Positions 10,562 to 20,197 of a stretch of DNA of 32,000 nt are shown here, one piece after another (positions within the stretch are counted from its first letter, which is position 1; each line of letters opens with the position of its first letter). This DNA is from Geobacter sulfurreducens PCA. Its GTDB lineage: Bacteria; Desulfobacterota; Desulfuromonadia; Geobacterales; Geobacteraceae. The stretch lies in NCBI RefSeq assembly GCF_000007985.2, contig NC_002939.5:1740001-1772000 (forward strand), written 5' to 3'. Both the position numbers and the translations under genes were made by a program. The notes beneath the pieces were generated by a model. It did no database searches. It had not been told where the DNA came from and saw only the letters and a program-made list of their open reading frames with translations.

Positions 10562-10924
10562 ATGAGGAAGCGAACGCTACGAATGGGGATTTACGCTCTT
10601 TCGTTGGCAGTGGCCCTCGTTACGGTGGCTACGTTTTTTCACGAGCAGATAGCAGGGGTGCTCGGTCTTTCTCCTCCCGCCGCCAGTTTTTTTGTTTCAC
10701 TTGGCTTTTGGGGGGGAGGCATATCGGGCGGTTGCGGAGTTGTGCTTGCCGTTGCCGGCCTGTTCCTTCGGTCGGGCCCGGACCGCCAGCATCCCTGCCG
10801 CCTCGCTCCGAGCCTCATTATTCTCTGTGCGTTTACCTTTATCTTTATCCTGTTGCTGGTGGCGCATTTTCGCGGGACAGAGTACCCACCGCCGCTCCGA
10901 CCGGGTGAAACAATCACCATTTGA
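10562..10924 (+). CDS. hypothetical small membrane protein (about 3 TM segments)
   Basis: The ATG lies 1 nt after the yciO-like stop. There are three hydrophobic stretches: IYALSLAVALVTVATFF, a GGG-rich middle segment, and LIILCAFTFIFILLLVA. I recognise no family. Confidence 0.5.
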   Translation: MRKRTLRMGIYALSLAVALVTVATFFHEQIAGVLGLSPPAASFFVSLGFWGGGISGGCGVVLAVAGLFLRSGPDRQHPCRLAPSLIILCAFTFIFILLLVAHFRGTEYPPPLRPGETITI

Positions 10925-11003
10925 GAGATTCCACCTTTCACGGGATGTGATAGGCTGAAATTGCTTGCAATAATGGGTGGAATCGGATAGAACTAGCTGA
11001 ATC

Positions 11004-11032
11004 AACCGCCTGAAAGGGCGGTTTTCCTTTTG
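11004..11032 (+). terminator. rho-independent terminator closing the infB...yciO transcription unit
   Basis: AACCGCC (11004-11010), loop tgaaag, GGCGGTT (11017-11023), followed by TTTCCTTTTG. Confidence 0.6.
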
Positions 11033-11043
11033 CCTCATTTTTC

Positions 11044-11071
11044 TTGACAATCGGAACCCGTTCCTTATACT
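11044..11071 (+). promoter_or_regulatory. sigma70-type promoter for yceD-rpmF-plsX-fab
   Basis: TTGACA (11044-11049), 16-nt spacer, TATACT (11066-11071). It sits about 38 nt upstream of the yceD GTG and immediately after a terminator. Confidence 0.5.
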
Positions 11072-11108
11072 GAGTGGCTTCTGTCGCCACCATGAACAGC
11101 AGGTCACG

Positions 11109-11648
11109 GTGAAAATCAGAGTCGATGATATAAAAGATCAACCGAGGCTTCTCCGCTCCGAGGAGCCGCTCGAAACGCTCCCGGGGCTTACAGCCGTTCA
11201 GGAATCGGGGGATTGTGAGTTTCTTTCACCGGTTACGGTGGAGTTGACGGTCGCCAGGGAGTATGACCACATCAGGGTCAAAGGGAACCTGAGCGCCCGA
11301 ATTCGACTGAATTGCTCCCGTTGTCTCGGTGATTTCGAAACCGACCTCGCTTCCGTTTTCACGATCTTTTTTCGCAAGGAAGACCGCGTCGCGCTTGACG
11401 AGGAAGAGGTCGAGCTGGCTGAAGAAGATCTGATTTCGGTTACCTATCAGGGGGATGAGATTGATTTCGCTCCGGAGATTGCCGAGCAGGTGATCATGGA
11501 GCTGCCACTCAAACCCCTATGTCACGAGTCCTGCCGGGGGCTTTGCCCCGTGTGCGGAGTTGATCTGAATGAGCAAGAGTGCACGTGTGCCGGTTCATCA
11601 TTCAGTTTGAAATTCAGTGCACTCAAGGATTTTAAGTTCGACAAGTAG
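11109..11648 (+). CDS. yceD: YceD/DUF177 family protein (23S rRNA accumulation protein)
   Basis: Conserved position before rpmF-plsX and a C-terminal Cys cluster, CHESCRGLCPVCGVDLNEQECTC. GTG start. Confidence 0.85.
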   Translation: MKIRVDDIKDQPRLLRSEEPLETLPGLTAVQESGDCEFLSPVTVELTVAREYDHIRVKGNLSARIRLNCSRCLGDFETDLASVFTIFFRKEDRVALDEEEVELAEEDLISVTYQGDEIDFAPEIAEQVIMELPLKPLCHESCRGLCPVCGVDLNEQECTCAGSSFSLKFSALKDFKFDK

Positions 11649-11669
11649 AACCACAAAAGGAGATATTCC

Positions 11670-11852
11670 ATGGCTGTACCCAAGAAAAAGACATCCAAGT
11701 CCCGTAAAAACATGAGAAGGGCCCACGATTTCCTTACCGCTCCGGCAGCTTCCGTTTGTCCCCAGTGCAAGAGCCCCAAGCTTCCCCACCGCGCCTGCGC
11801 TTCCTGCGGCACCTATAAGGGGAGAGAAGTGGTCAAGACCGAAGAGATCTAA
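11670..11852 (+). CDS. rpmF: 50S ribosomal protein L32
   Basis: [19 protein letters not shown] with a zinc-ribbon CPQC...CASC. 60 aa. Confidence 0.95.
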   Translation: MAVPKKKTSKSRKNMRRAHDFLTAPAASVCPQCKSPKLPHRACASCGTYKGREVVKTEEI

Positions 11853-11897
11853 CCCGCCTGCGTGCGCAGATCTGATTCATTCTTGTCTGGGAGTACC

Positions 11898-12938
11898 ATG
11901 AGAGTTGCTGTTGATGCGATGGGTGGCGACAATGCCCCTGCCGTCGAGGTTGAAGGCGCTGTCGTAGCTGCACGTGAATTCGGCATACCCATCACCCTGG
12001 TCGGTGATACGGAAAAGCTTCGTCTTGAGCTTGCCAAGCACAATGTTCAGGGTCTTGATATAGCCATTCACCACGCAAGCGAGGTCGTCGGCATGCACGA
12101 TGCTGCATCCGACGCTGTACGGCGCAAGAAGGATTCCTCTATCCGCGTCGCCTTTGATCTTGTGAAGAGCGGCGAGGCGGAGGCCGTGGTGAGTGCCGGC
12201 AATTCTGGCGCCACCATGGCAGCAGGGATGTTTGTCCTAAAGCGGCTCAAGGGGATTGACCGTCCTGCCATTGCCCAGATATTTCCCACCCTGCGCGGTA
12301 AGACCCTCGTTCTTGACGTCGGGGGTAACGTTGACTGCAAGCCGATTCATCTCGTGCAGTTCGCCATCATGGGCGAAGTGTACGCCCGCCACGTAATAGG
12401 CGTGGAGCAGCCCCGCATCGGACTCCTTTCCAATGGTGAAGAGGACAGCAAGGGGAATGAGCTCACTCGCGAAACCAATGCTATCCTGAAAAACATCTCT
12501 TTTGATTATGAAGGCTACGTAGAAGGTCGCGACATCTTCAACGGCATGGTCGATGTGGTCGTCTGCGACGGTTTCGTTGGTAACGTCGTGCTTAAACTTT
12601 CAGAAGGGCTTGCTGAAACGGTCGGGAAAATGCTGCGTGAGGAAATTGCGAGCAGTTTGCTGTCCAAACTCGGCTATCTGTTTGTCCGTAAGGCATTCAA
12701 GAACTTCAAGAAGAAGGTCGATTACGCCGAATATGGCGGTGCACCTCTTATCGGCATTAACGGCGTCGCCATGATCTGCCACGGCGGGTCGAACGTCAAA
12801 GCTATCAAGAACGCGATCCATTTCGCCCACGAATACGTGCGCAAGGGGGTCAACCAACGGCTTGCCGAGAAGATGGAAACCGAGTTCACGGCTTACATGC
12901 AGCAGTTTGATGCTGTGAAGGAAGCTGTCGCAGGTTAG
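11898..12938 (+). CDS. plsX: phosphate acyltransferase PlsX
   Basis: [15 protein letters not shown]-terminus with GGGAG just upstream. The ORF-track start at 11862 adds 12 non-conserved residues. Confidence 0.93.
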   Translation: MRVAVDAMGGDNAPAVEVEGAVVAAREFGIPITLVGDTEKLRLELAKHNVQGLDIAIHHASEVVGMHDAASDAVRRKKDSSIRVAFDLVKSGEAEAVVSAGNSGATMAAGMFVLKRLKGIDRPAIAQIFPTLRGKTLVLDVGGNVDCKPIHLVQFAIMGEVYARHVIGVEQPRIGLLSNGEEDSKGNELTRETNAILKNISFDYEGYVEGRDIFNGMVDVVVCDGFVGNVVLKLSEGLAETVGKMLREEIASSLLSKLGYLFVRKAFKNFKKKVDYAEYGGAPLIGINGVAMICHGGSNVKAIKNAIHFAHEYVRKGVNQRLAEKMETEFTAYMQQFDAVKEAVAG

Positions 12939-12950
12939 AAAGGTCACGGG

Positions 12951-13931
12951 ATGATGAGAGCAAGGATCGTCGGGACCGGTTCGGCCGTCCCTTCCAAGGT
13001 GCTTACCAATTTCGATCTGGAGAAGATGGTCGATACCTCCGACGAGTGGGTAACCACGCGCACCGGAATCAAAGAGCGCCGCATTGCCGTTGATGGGGAA
13101 TATACTTCTACCTTTGCGACACTGGCAGCGGAACGGGCCCTCGAAATGGCCGGCGTCAAGGCTTCGGATCTCGATCTGTTGATTGTCGCAACTATTACGC
13201 CTGATTTTCCGTTTCCCGCCACCGCATGTGTGGTCCAGAGCAATCTCAAGGCAACGAAGGCGGCTGCCTATGATATCTCGGCAGCTTGCTCAGGCTTTAT
13301 CTACGCCCTTGCTCAAGCATCTAATGCAATCAGATCGGGATCCGCCCGGAAGGCTCTGGTCATTGGTGCGGAAGTTCTGTCGCGGATTATCGACTGGACA
13401 GACCGCAACACCTGCCTTCTTTTCGGCGACGGCGCCGGCGCGGTGGTTCTGGAGGCATGCGATGACGGCCATGGGGTCCTGTCCACCCACCTTCACAGTG
13501 ACGGCTCGTACTGGGAACTGCTCTATCAACCCGGTTGCGGCAACAGAAATCCCGCCGTCCAGAAGACTCTTGACGACCGTCGTATCTATCTCATGATGCA
13601 GGGGAATGAGGTTTTCAAACTCGCCGTGAGGGCCATGGAGGATGCCGCCCTTGAAGCCCTTGATGCAAACGGGCTCACGCCTGCAGACATTTCGTTGTTC
13701 ATCCCCCATCAGGCCAATCGCCGCATCATTGATGCCATCGGCAAACGCCTCGGCTTGCCGGGCGAAAAGGTCTACGTCAATCTCGACCGGTTCGGCAATA
13801 CCTCGGCGGCATCCATTCCGCTGGCACTGGACGAAGCTAACCGCTCGGGCCGGATCAAGCCCAACGATGTAGTGGTATTCGATGCCTTCGGCGGCGGGCT
13901 TACCTGGGGATCGGCACTGGTGCGCTGGTAA
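12951..13931 (+). CDS. fabH: 3-oxoacyl-ACP synthase III
   Basis: TSDEWVTTRTGIKERR, active-site AACSGF, HQAN and GNTSAASIP. Confidence 0.93.
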   Translation: MMRARIVGTGSAVPSKVLTNFDLEKMVDTSDEWVTTRTGIKERRIAVDGEYTSTFATLAAERALEMAGVKASDLDLLIVATITPDFPFPATACVVQSNLKATKAAAYDISAACSGFIYALAQASNAIRSGSARKALVIGAEVLSRIIDWTDRNTCLLFGDGAGAVVLEACDDGHGVLSTHLHSDGSYWELLYQPGCGNRNPAVQKTLDDRRIYLMMQGNEVFKLAVRAMEDAALEALDANGLTPADISLFIPHQANRRIIDAIGKRLGLPGEKVYVNLDRFGNTSAASIPLALDEANRSGRIKPNDVVVFDAFGGGLTWGSALVRW

Positions 13932-13953
13932 CGGACCAAGCAAGGAGCTATCA

Positions 13954-14877
13954 ATGAGCAAGCGAGCTTTCATATTCCCCGGCCAAGGGTCCCAGTATGC
14001 CGGAATGGGCAAGGATCTGGCCGATACCTTTCCGGTTGCCCGTCAGGTCTTCGAGGAAGCTGATGATGCCCTCGGCAGCTCCCTTTCCCGACTCTGCTTT
14101 GAAGGTCCCGAAGAGCAGTTGAAGCTCACCGCCAATACTCAGCCCGCCATCCTGACCACAAGTGTTGCCGCATTCAGGGTGCTTCAGGCTGAAACGGGAC
14201 TCACCGCAGACTTCCTGGCAGGACACTCTCTCGGCGAGTACTCGGCGCTTGTGGCTGCCGGAGCACTTGGCTTTGCGGATGCTGTCCGGACGGTTCGAGC
14301 CCGCGGCACCTTCATGCAGGAGGCTGTGCCGGTTGGAGAGGGGGCAATGGCCGCGATGCTCGGAATCGAACCGGCTGTCCTTGCCGAAATATGCGCCGAA
14401 GCGGCCCAGGGTGAGGTCGTTTCTCCCGCAAACTTCAATTCGCCCGGCCAGATCGTCATTGCCGGAAACACCGGTGCGGTCAACCGTGCCATCGAGATTG
14501 CCAAGGCAAAGGGGTTCCGCAAGGCGATGCTCCTGCCGGTGAGCGCTCCCTTCCATTCGAGCCTCATGGTGCCTGCCGGTGAACGGCTTGCCGAGGTTCT
14601 GGCAGCGGTTGCGGTCGGCGATCTGGTCGCTCCCGTGGTGACCAACGTGGAGGCAACGCCCAACTCCGACAAGGGAAGGGTAAAAGAACTCCTGGTCAGA
14701 CAGGTAAGCGCTCCGGTGCTCTGGGATGCCTCGGTGAGGGAAATGGTTTCGCTCGGCGTCACCCGGTTTGTGGAGATCGGGCCGGGCAAAGTTCTGTCGG
14801 GGCTGGTCAAGCGGATCGAGAAGGAAGCGGGTACCGCCAACGTCGAGGATACGGCCGGTATCAGGGGCCTCGCCTAA
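13954..14877 (+). CDS. fabD: malonyl-CoA:ACP transacylase
   Basis: FIFPGQGSQYAGMG and GHSLGEYSAL (active Ser). ATG 13954 lies 6 nt after AAGGAG. The ORF-track start at 13882 overlaps fabH. Confidence 0.93.
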   Translation: MSKRAFIFPGQGSQYAGMGKDLADTFPVARQVFEEADDALGSSLSRLCFEGPEEQLKLTANTQPAILTTSVAAFRVLQAETGLTADFLAGHSLGEYSALVAAGALGFADAVRTVRARGTFMQEAVPVGEGAMAAMLGIEPAVLAEICAEAAQGEVVSPANFNSPGQIVIAGNTGAVNRAIEIAKAKGFRKAMLLPVSAPFHSSLMVPAGERLAEVLAAVAVGDLVAPVVTNVEATPNSDKGRVKELLVRQVSAPVLWDASVREMVSLGVTRFVEIGPGKVLSGLVKRIEKEAGTANVEDTAGIRGLA

Positions 14878-14887
14878 GGAGACGGGA

Positions 14888-15628
14888 ATGAGTCTTGCTG
14901 GAAAAATCGCAGTGGTTACAGGAGCTTCTCGTGGCATCGGCAGGGAGATCGCCCTCCGGCTCGCCCGTGAGGGCGCTGATGTTGCAGTGACCGCTACAAC
15001 CCTCGACAGTGCCCGGAAAACCGCGGACGAGATAGAGCAGATCGGCCGGAGAGCCCTCGCGCTGGCTGTGGACGTGGCGGATGCGGCGGCTGTGGAAGCG
15101 CTGTTCGCCTCGGTGGTAGAAGCTTTTGGCAAGGTTGATATTCTTGTCAACAATGCCGGCATTACCCGGGACGGCCTGTTGCTGCGGATGAAAGATGCCG
15201 ATTGGGACGCCGTACTCGATGTGAACCTCAAGGGCGCCTTCAATTGCACGCGTGAAGCTGCAAAACTCATGACCAAGGCCCGGAGCGGCCGCATCGTCAA
15301 CATTGGCTCTGTGGTGGGCGAGATGGGAAATGCGGGACAGGTCAACTATTGCGCCAGCAAGGCGGGGATGATAGGTATGACCAAGGCTGTCGCCCGGGAA
15401 CTGGCCAAGCGCGGGATTACCGTCAATGCCGTCACCCCTGGTTTTATCGAAACAGATATGACGGCGGTTCTTTCCGAAAAGGTGCGTGAGTCGCTCATGC
15501 AGCAGATTCCGCTGGAGCGGTTCGGTTCCCCCGAGGATATTGCCAACGCGGTCCACTTCCTCGTGTCCGACATGGGGAGTTATATTACCGGCCACGTCCT
15601 GTCCGTTAACGGCGGGATGTACATGTAG
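14888..15628 (+). CDS. fabG: 3-oxoacyl-ACP reductase
   Basis: SDR motifs VTGASRGIG, NNAG and YCASKAG. ATG 14888 follows AAGGAGA. The ORF-track start at 14768 overlaps fabD. Confidence 0.93.
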   Translation: MSLAGKIAVVTGASRGIGREIALRLAREGADVAVTATTLDSARKTADEIEQIGRRALALAVDVADAAAVEALFASVVEAFGKVDILVNNAGITRDGLLLRMKDADWDAVLDVNLKGAFNCTREAAKLMTKARSGRIVNIGSVVGEMGNAGQVNYCASKAGMIGMTKAVARELAKRGITVNAVTPGFIETDMTAVLSEKVRESLMQQIPLERFGSPEDIANAVHFLVSDMGSYITGHVLSVNGGMYM

Positions 15629-15639
15629 AAAAATATCTT

Positions 15640-15667
15640 TTGAAATTTAGGCGTTTCGTGGTATGTA
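15640..15667 (+). promoter_or_regulatory. candidate acpP promoter
   Basis: TTGAAA (15640-15645), 16-nt spacer, TATGTA (15662-15667), in the 86-nt fabG-acpP gap. Confidence 0.3.
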
Positions 15668-15714
15668 GCTAGAAACATTACCCGAAGACTCAAACCAAAC
15701 GGAGGTGAACAAGC

Positions 15715-15948
15715 ATGTCGTCAATAGAAAAAAGAGTCAAAGAGATCGTAGCCGAACAACTCGGCGTCGATGAGGCGCAGGTTACGAACGATGCCTCCTT
15801 TATGGATGATCTGGGGGCCGACTCTCTTGACACTGTCGAGCTGGTGATGGCTCTCGAGGAAGAGTTTGATATCGAGATTTCCGACGAGGACGCCGAGAAA
15901 ATCCAAAACGTTCAGGATGCCATCGATTACATCACCGAGCACACCTAG
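15715..15948 (+). CDS. acpP: acyl carrier protein
   Basis: 77 aa with [19 protein letters not shown] (DSL phosphopantetheine site). Confidence 0.95.
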   Translation: MSSIEKRVKEIVAEQLGVDEAQVTNDASFMDDLGADSLDTVELVMALEEEFDIEISDEDAEKIQNVQDAIDYITEHT

Positions 15949-15957
15949 CACACAGGA

Positions 15958-16008
15958 GGGGAAGGAGAGCCTTCCCCTTTTTCACAGCACGCGGCCTTCG
16001 GGCCGCGT
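15958..16008 (+). terminator. tandem hairpins between acpP and fabF (partial terminator/attenuator)
   Basis: Hairpin 1 is GGGGAAGG (15958-15965), loop agag, CCTTCCCC (15970-15977), followed by TTTTT. Hairpin 2 is ACGCGGCC (15989-15996), TTCG tetraloop, GGCCGCGT (16001-16008), with no T-tract. Confidence 0.55.
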
Positions 16009-16086
16009 CCGCGTGCATCCGTATGCGAGCTTCAGCGGCTTCATGGCGGATGCGTTCAGATTCACGACCATCGGGAGCACATATCT

Positions 16087-17319
<1,233 letters not shown>

Positions 17320-17329
17320 GGGGCACGCA

Positions 17330-17776
17330 GTGATAGTCGTCGGTAGCGATCACGGTGGTCTGGAACTGAAGGAAGCGGTTAAGCGGCTCCTTGCCGAGCG
17401 GGGGGAAACCTTCGAAGACTGCGGAACCGATAACGGCAACTCGGTTGATTACCCGGACTTCGGCATCAAGGTGGCCCGCAGGGTATCCAATGGCGAGGCA
17501 GGGAAGGGGATTCTCCTCTGCGGCACCGGCATCGGCATGTCGATCGTTGCCAACAAGTTTCCCCGGGTGCGTGCGGCCCTTGCCACCGACGCCTTCATGG
17601 CACGCATGGCCAAGGAACATAATAACGCAAACATCCTGGTCCTCGGGGGCCGGGTACTCGAGGAGGCCGTGGCCCGGGAGATGGTCATCGCATGGCTCGA
17701 CGGTGTGTACGAAGGCGGCCGTCATCAGGGTCGGCTCGACAAGATTGCGGCCCTGGAGCGGGAACTGATGAAGTAG
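17330..17776 (+). CDS. rpiB: ribose-5-phosphate isomerase B
   Basis: VIVVGSDHGG, LCGTGIGMSI and the NNANILVLGGR LacAB/RpiB signature. GTG 17330 follows a GGGGG run, giving 148 aa. The ORF-track start at 17213 overlaps fabF. Confidence 0.9.
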   Translation: MIVVGSDHGGLELKEAVKRLLAERGETFEDCGTDNGNSVDYPDFGIKVARRVSNGEAGKGILLCGTGIGMSIVANKFPRVRAALATDAFMARMAKEHNNANILVLGGRVLEEAVAREMVIAWLDGVYEGGRHQGRLDKIAALERELMK

Positions 17777-17812
17777 ACATCGTGCCTGATCGGCGGTTAC
17801 ATGAAGTTTGAT

Positions 17813-17846
17813 ACGGGACTGGATACGGTCCCGTTTTCCTTTTTCC
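17813..17846 (+). terminator. rho-independent terminator after rpiB
   Basis: ACGGGAC (17813-17819) pairs with GTCCCGT (17828-17834), followed by TTTCCTTTTTCC. Confidence 0.6.
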
Positions 17847-17868
17847 CACTTTTACAAGGAGACCTGAC

Positions 17869-19116
17869 ATGTCGATTCTCGAAACCTTTGACCCGCAGGT
17901 AGCTGAGGCGATCCGCCATGAAACCGAACGGCAGGAGTACAACCTGGAGTTGATCGCTTCCGAAAACTTTGTTTCCGAGGCGGTACTGGAAGCCCAGGGC
18001 TCGGTGATGACCAATAAGTATGCCGAGGGATACCCCGGTAAGCGCTACTATGGTGGATGCCACCATGTGGACGTGGTGGAAAATCTCGCTATTGAGCGGG
18101 CCAAGGAGCTTTTCGGTGCCGATCATGCCAACGTCCAGCCCCATTCGGGCTCCCAGGCAAATATGGCGGTCTATTTTTCGGTGCTCAAGCCCGGCGACAC
18201 CATTCTTGGGATGAATCTGTCCCACGGCGGCCACCTGACCCACGGCAGCCCCGTGAACTTCTCCGGCCGTTTCTTCAACGTGGTTCCCTACGGCGTGTCC
18301 CAGGAGACCGAAACGATCGACTTCAATGAGGTGGAGCGTCTTGCCCTTGAGCATAAGCCGAAGATGATAGTTGTGGGGGCAAGCGCCTATCCCCGAACCA
18401 TCGATTTTGCCGCCTTCCGCATCATTGCCGATAAGGTCGGCGCGGTTATCATGGTTGATATGGCTCACATTGCGGGCCTGGTTGCGGCCGGTCTCCATCC
18501 GAGCCCTGTTCCCTACGCTGAATTCGTGACCACCACTACCCATAAGACCCTCAGAGGTCCCCGCGGCGGGATGATCCTGTGCCGTGAGGAGTACGCCAAG
18601 ACGCTCAATTCCAACATCTTCCCCGGTATCCAGGGGGGGCCGCTCATGCATGTCATCGCGGCCAAGGCCGTTGCCCTCAAGGAGGCCCTCCAGCCCGAGT
18701 TCAAAGCGTATCAGGCCCAGATCGTGAAAAATGCCAAGGCCCTTGCCGACGAGCTGGTAAAGCGCGGGTTCCGGCTTGTGTCCGGCGGCACCGATAACCA
18801 TCTGATGCTGGTTAACCTAACCGGCACCGAACTGACCGGCAAGGTGGCGGAAGAGTCTCTGGATAAGGCCGGCATCACGGTGAACAAGAACACGGTGCCT
18901 TTCGAGACCCGTTCACCCTTTGTCACCTCCGGTTTCCGGATCGGCACTCCCGCAGCCACTACCCACGGTCTCAAGGAAGCTGAAATGGCCGACGTGGCGG
19001 GCTTTATCGCAGAGGCCCTGGCCAACGTGGACAATGATGCCAAACTCGCCGAGATTAAGGGGAGGGTCAATGTGCTTATGAAACGCTTCCCCCTCTATGC
19101 TCACCGTCTTTCATAA
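17869..19116 (+). CDS. glyA: serine hydroxymethyltransferase
   Basis: [22 protein letters not shown] and [13 protein letters not shown] (PLP lysine). AAGGAG Shine-Dalgarno upstream. Confidence 0.95.
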   Translation: MSILETFDPQVAEAIRHETERQEYNLELIASENFVSEAVLEAQGSVMTNKYAEGYPGKRYYGGCHHVDVVENLAIERAKELFGADHANVQPHSGSQANMAVYFSVLKPGDTILGMNLSHGGHLTHGSPVNFSGRFFNVVPYGVSQETETIDFNEVERLALEHKPKMIVVGASAYPRTIDFAAFRIIADKVGAVIMVDMAHIAGLVAAGLHPSPVPYAEFVTTTTHKTLRGPRGGMILCREEYAKTLNSNIFPGIQGGPLMHVIAAKAVALKEALQPEFKAYQAQIVKNAKALADELVKRGFRLVSGGTDNHLMLVNLTGTELTGKVAEESLDKAGITVNKNTVPFETRSPFVTSGFRIGTPAATTHGLKEAEMADVAGFIAEALANVDNDAKLAEIKGRVNVLMKRFPLYAHRLS

Positions 19117-19142
19117 GAGTATTGATCCGATTCGTCTGAAAA

Positions 19143-19172
19143 GGGATCCGTACGGCATCCCCCCTTTTTCTT
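19143..19172 (+). terminator. probable rho-independent terminator after glyA
   Basis: GGGATCCG..CGGCATCCC is an imperfect stem (19143-19161), followed by CCCTTTTTCTTTG. Confidence 0.45.
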
Positions 19173-19236
19173 TGCTATGATTCTATGGTTGTGCAGTCGA
19201 ATGGGGCGCGGACCCTCCGCGAACGGGAGGTCAACA

Positions 19237-20010
19237 ATGGCAAGAATTCTGACCGGCGTTGCACTGATGGCGCTTCTTATTTCGGCTGGTATCGTCCAGG
19301 CCCTTGAAACCCGTGTCGATGTGCGGGTGAGGACCAAGGACGCAAAGTTTCTCGGAACGAGCATGGGAGGCGCTCTGGTAAGTATTCGCAATACCGACAC
19401 CGGCGAGTTGCTCTCCACGGGTGTTACGGCGGGAACCACTGGCAATACCGCTACCATTATGGTCAACCCGCATGTGAGGGGGGGCGTGTTGTCGGACGCA
19501 CAATCCGCTCTGTTCAGAGCGGTCTTGGATATCGATGTGCCCACCCGAATTGAAGTGCGAGCGGCAGGCCCATTGAGCCAGAGGCAGGCGATGGGAGAGG
19601 CTTCGGTGACCCAGTGGCTGATTCCCGGCAAGCACGTAACCGCTGGCGACGGTCTTGTCTTGGAACTTCCGGGGTTTGCCGTGGATGTACTCGCACCGCC
19701 GACCAATCATGCCGTTACCCTTGAGGATGGATTAGCCACCGTGACCGTGCGAGCCAGCGTTATGATGATGTGTGGCTGTCCGGTTGCGCCAGGAGGGCTC
19801 TGGAATGCTGACGGCTACGAGATCCGTGCCATGGTAAGGCTGGACGGTTCAGCCCCGGAAGAGGTGCCGCTTCATTTTGCCGGGGAGTCGAGCCAGTTTA
19901 TGGGAGAACTTGCGGTCAGAAAGCCGGGAGTATACGAGGTAACGGTCTATGCATTTGATCCTGCCACCGGCAACACCGGGCTAGACCGGACGACCTTCAT
20001 CGCCCAATAG
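19237..20010 (+). CDS. hypothetical exported protein (signal peptide, beta-rich, CGC motif)
   Basis: ATG 19237 lies 6 nt after GGGAGG. Signal peptide MARILTGVALMALLISAGIVQALE. The mature part is rich in V/T/G beta-strand-like segments. The only Cys pair is in VMMMCGCPV. I recognise no family. Confidence 0.6.
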   Translation: MARILTGVALMALLISAGIVQALETRVDVRVRTKDAKFLGTSMGGALVSIRNTDTGELLSTGVTAGTTGNTATIMVNPHVRGGVLSDAQSALFRAVLDIDVPTRIEVRAAGPLSQRQAMGEASVTQWLIPGKHVTAGDGLVLELPGFAVDVLAPPTNHAVTLEDGLATVTVRASVMMMCGCPVAPGGLWNADGYEIRAMVRLDGSAPEEVPLHFAGESSQFMGELAVRKPGVYEVTVYAFDPATGNTGLDRTTFIAQ

Positions 20011-20029
20011 GTTCGGTTCGGGACGCTCC

Positions 20030-20064
20030 GGACGCATTTGCGCTTGACGCACGTCCATTTTTTT
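20030..20064 (+). terminator. rho-independent terminator after the exported-protein gene
   Basis: GGACG (20030-20034) pairs with CGTCC (20052-20056), stacked on an inner TGCG/CGCA helix, followed by ATTTTTTT. Confidence 0.55.
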
Positions 20065-20092
20065 GAACAAATGCACAGATCCTGTTCAACCG

Positions 20093-20122
20093 TTGACGGG
20101 GGTTCCGCGTTACGATGATTAT
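20093..20122 (+). promoter_or_regulatory. candidate promoter of the efflux operon
   Basis: TTGACG (20093-20098), 18-nt spacer, GATTAT (20117-20122), about 75 nt upstream of the TolC-like start. Confidence 0.3.
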
Positions 20123-20197
20123 GATCAACAGAGCCCCCGTCCACCTGCGAGGATCTCTCATAGTACCATTCAACGGCCTGCTGAGGAGGAATGATTG

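Noticed and set aside
13951-15345. 464-aa ORF antisense to fabD/fabG. The same applies to 6010-7056 (antisense pnp), 17797-18801 (antisense glyA), 24359-25309 (antisense RND), 26995-27687 and 27597-27986.
   Set aside because: Each lies opposite a gene with strong family motifs. The translations are compositionally biased and carry no motifs. These are high-GC artefacts.
19117-19236. Possible c-di-GMP/cGAMP (GEMM-type) riboswitch upstream of the exported-protein gene, since these are common in Geobacter.
   Set aside because: The spacer is only about 65 nt after the glyA terminator. It lacks the conserved GCAAA / ACGCACAGGGCAAACC-like segments and the paired P1/P2 architecture.
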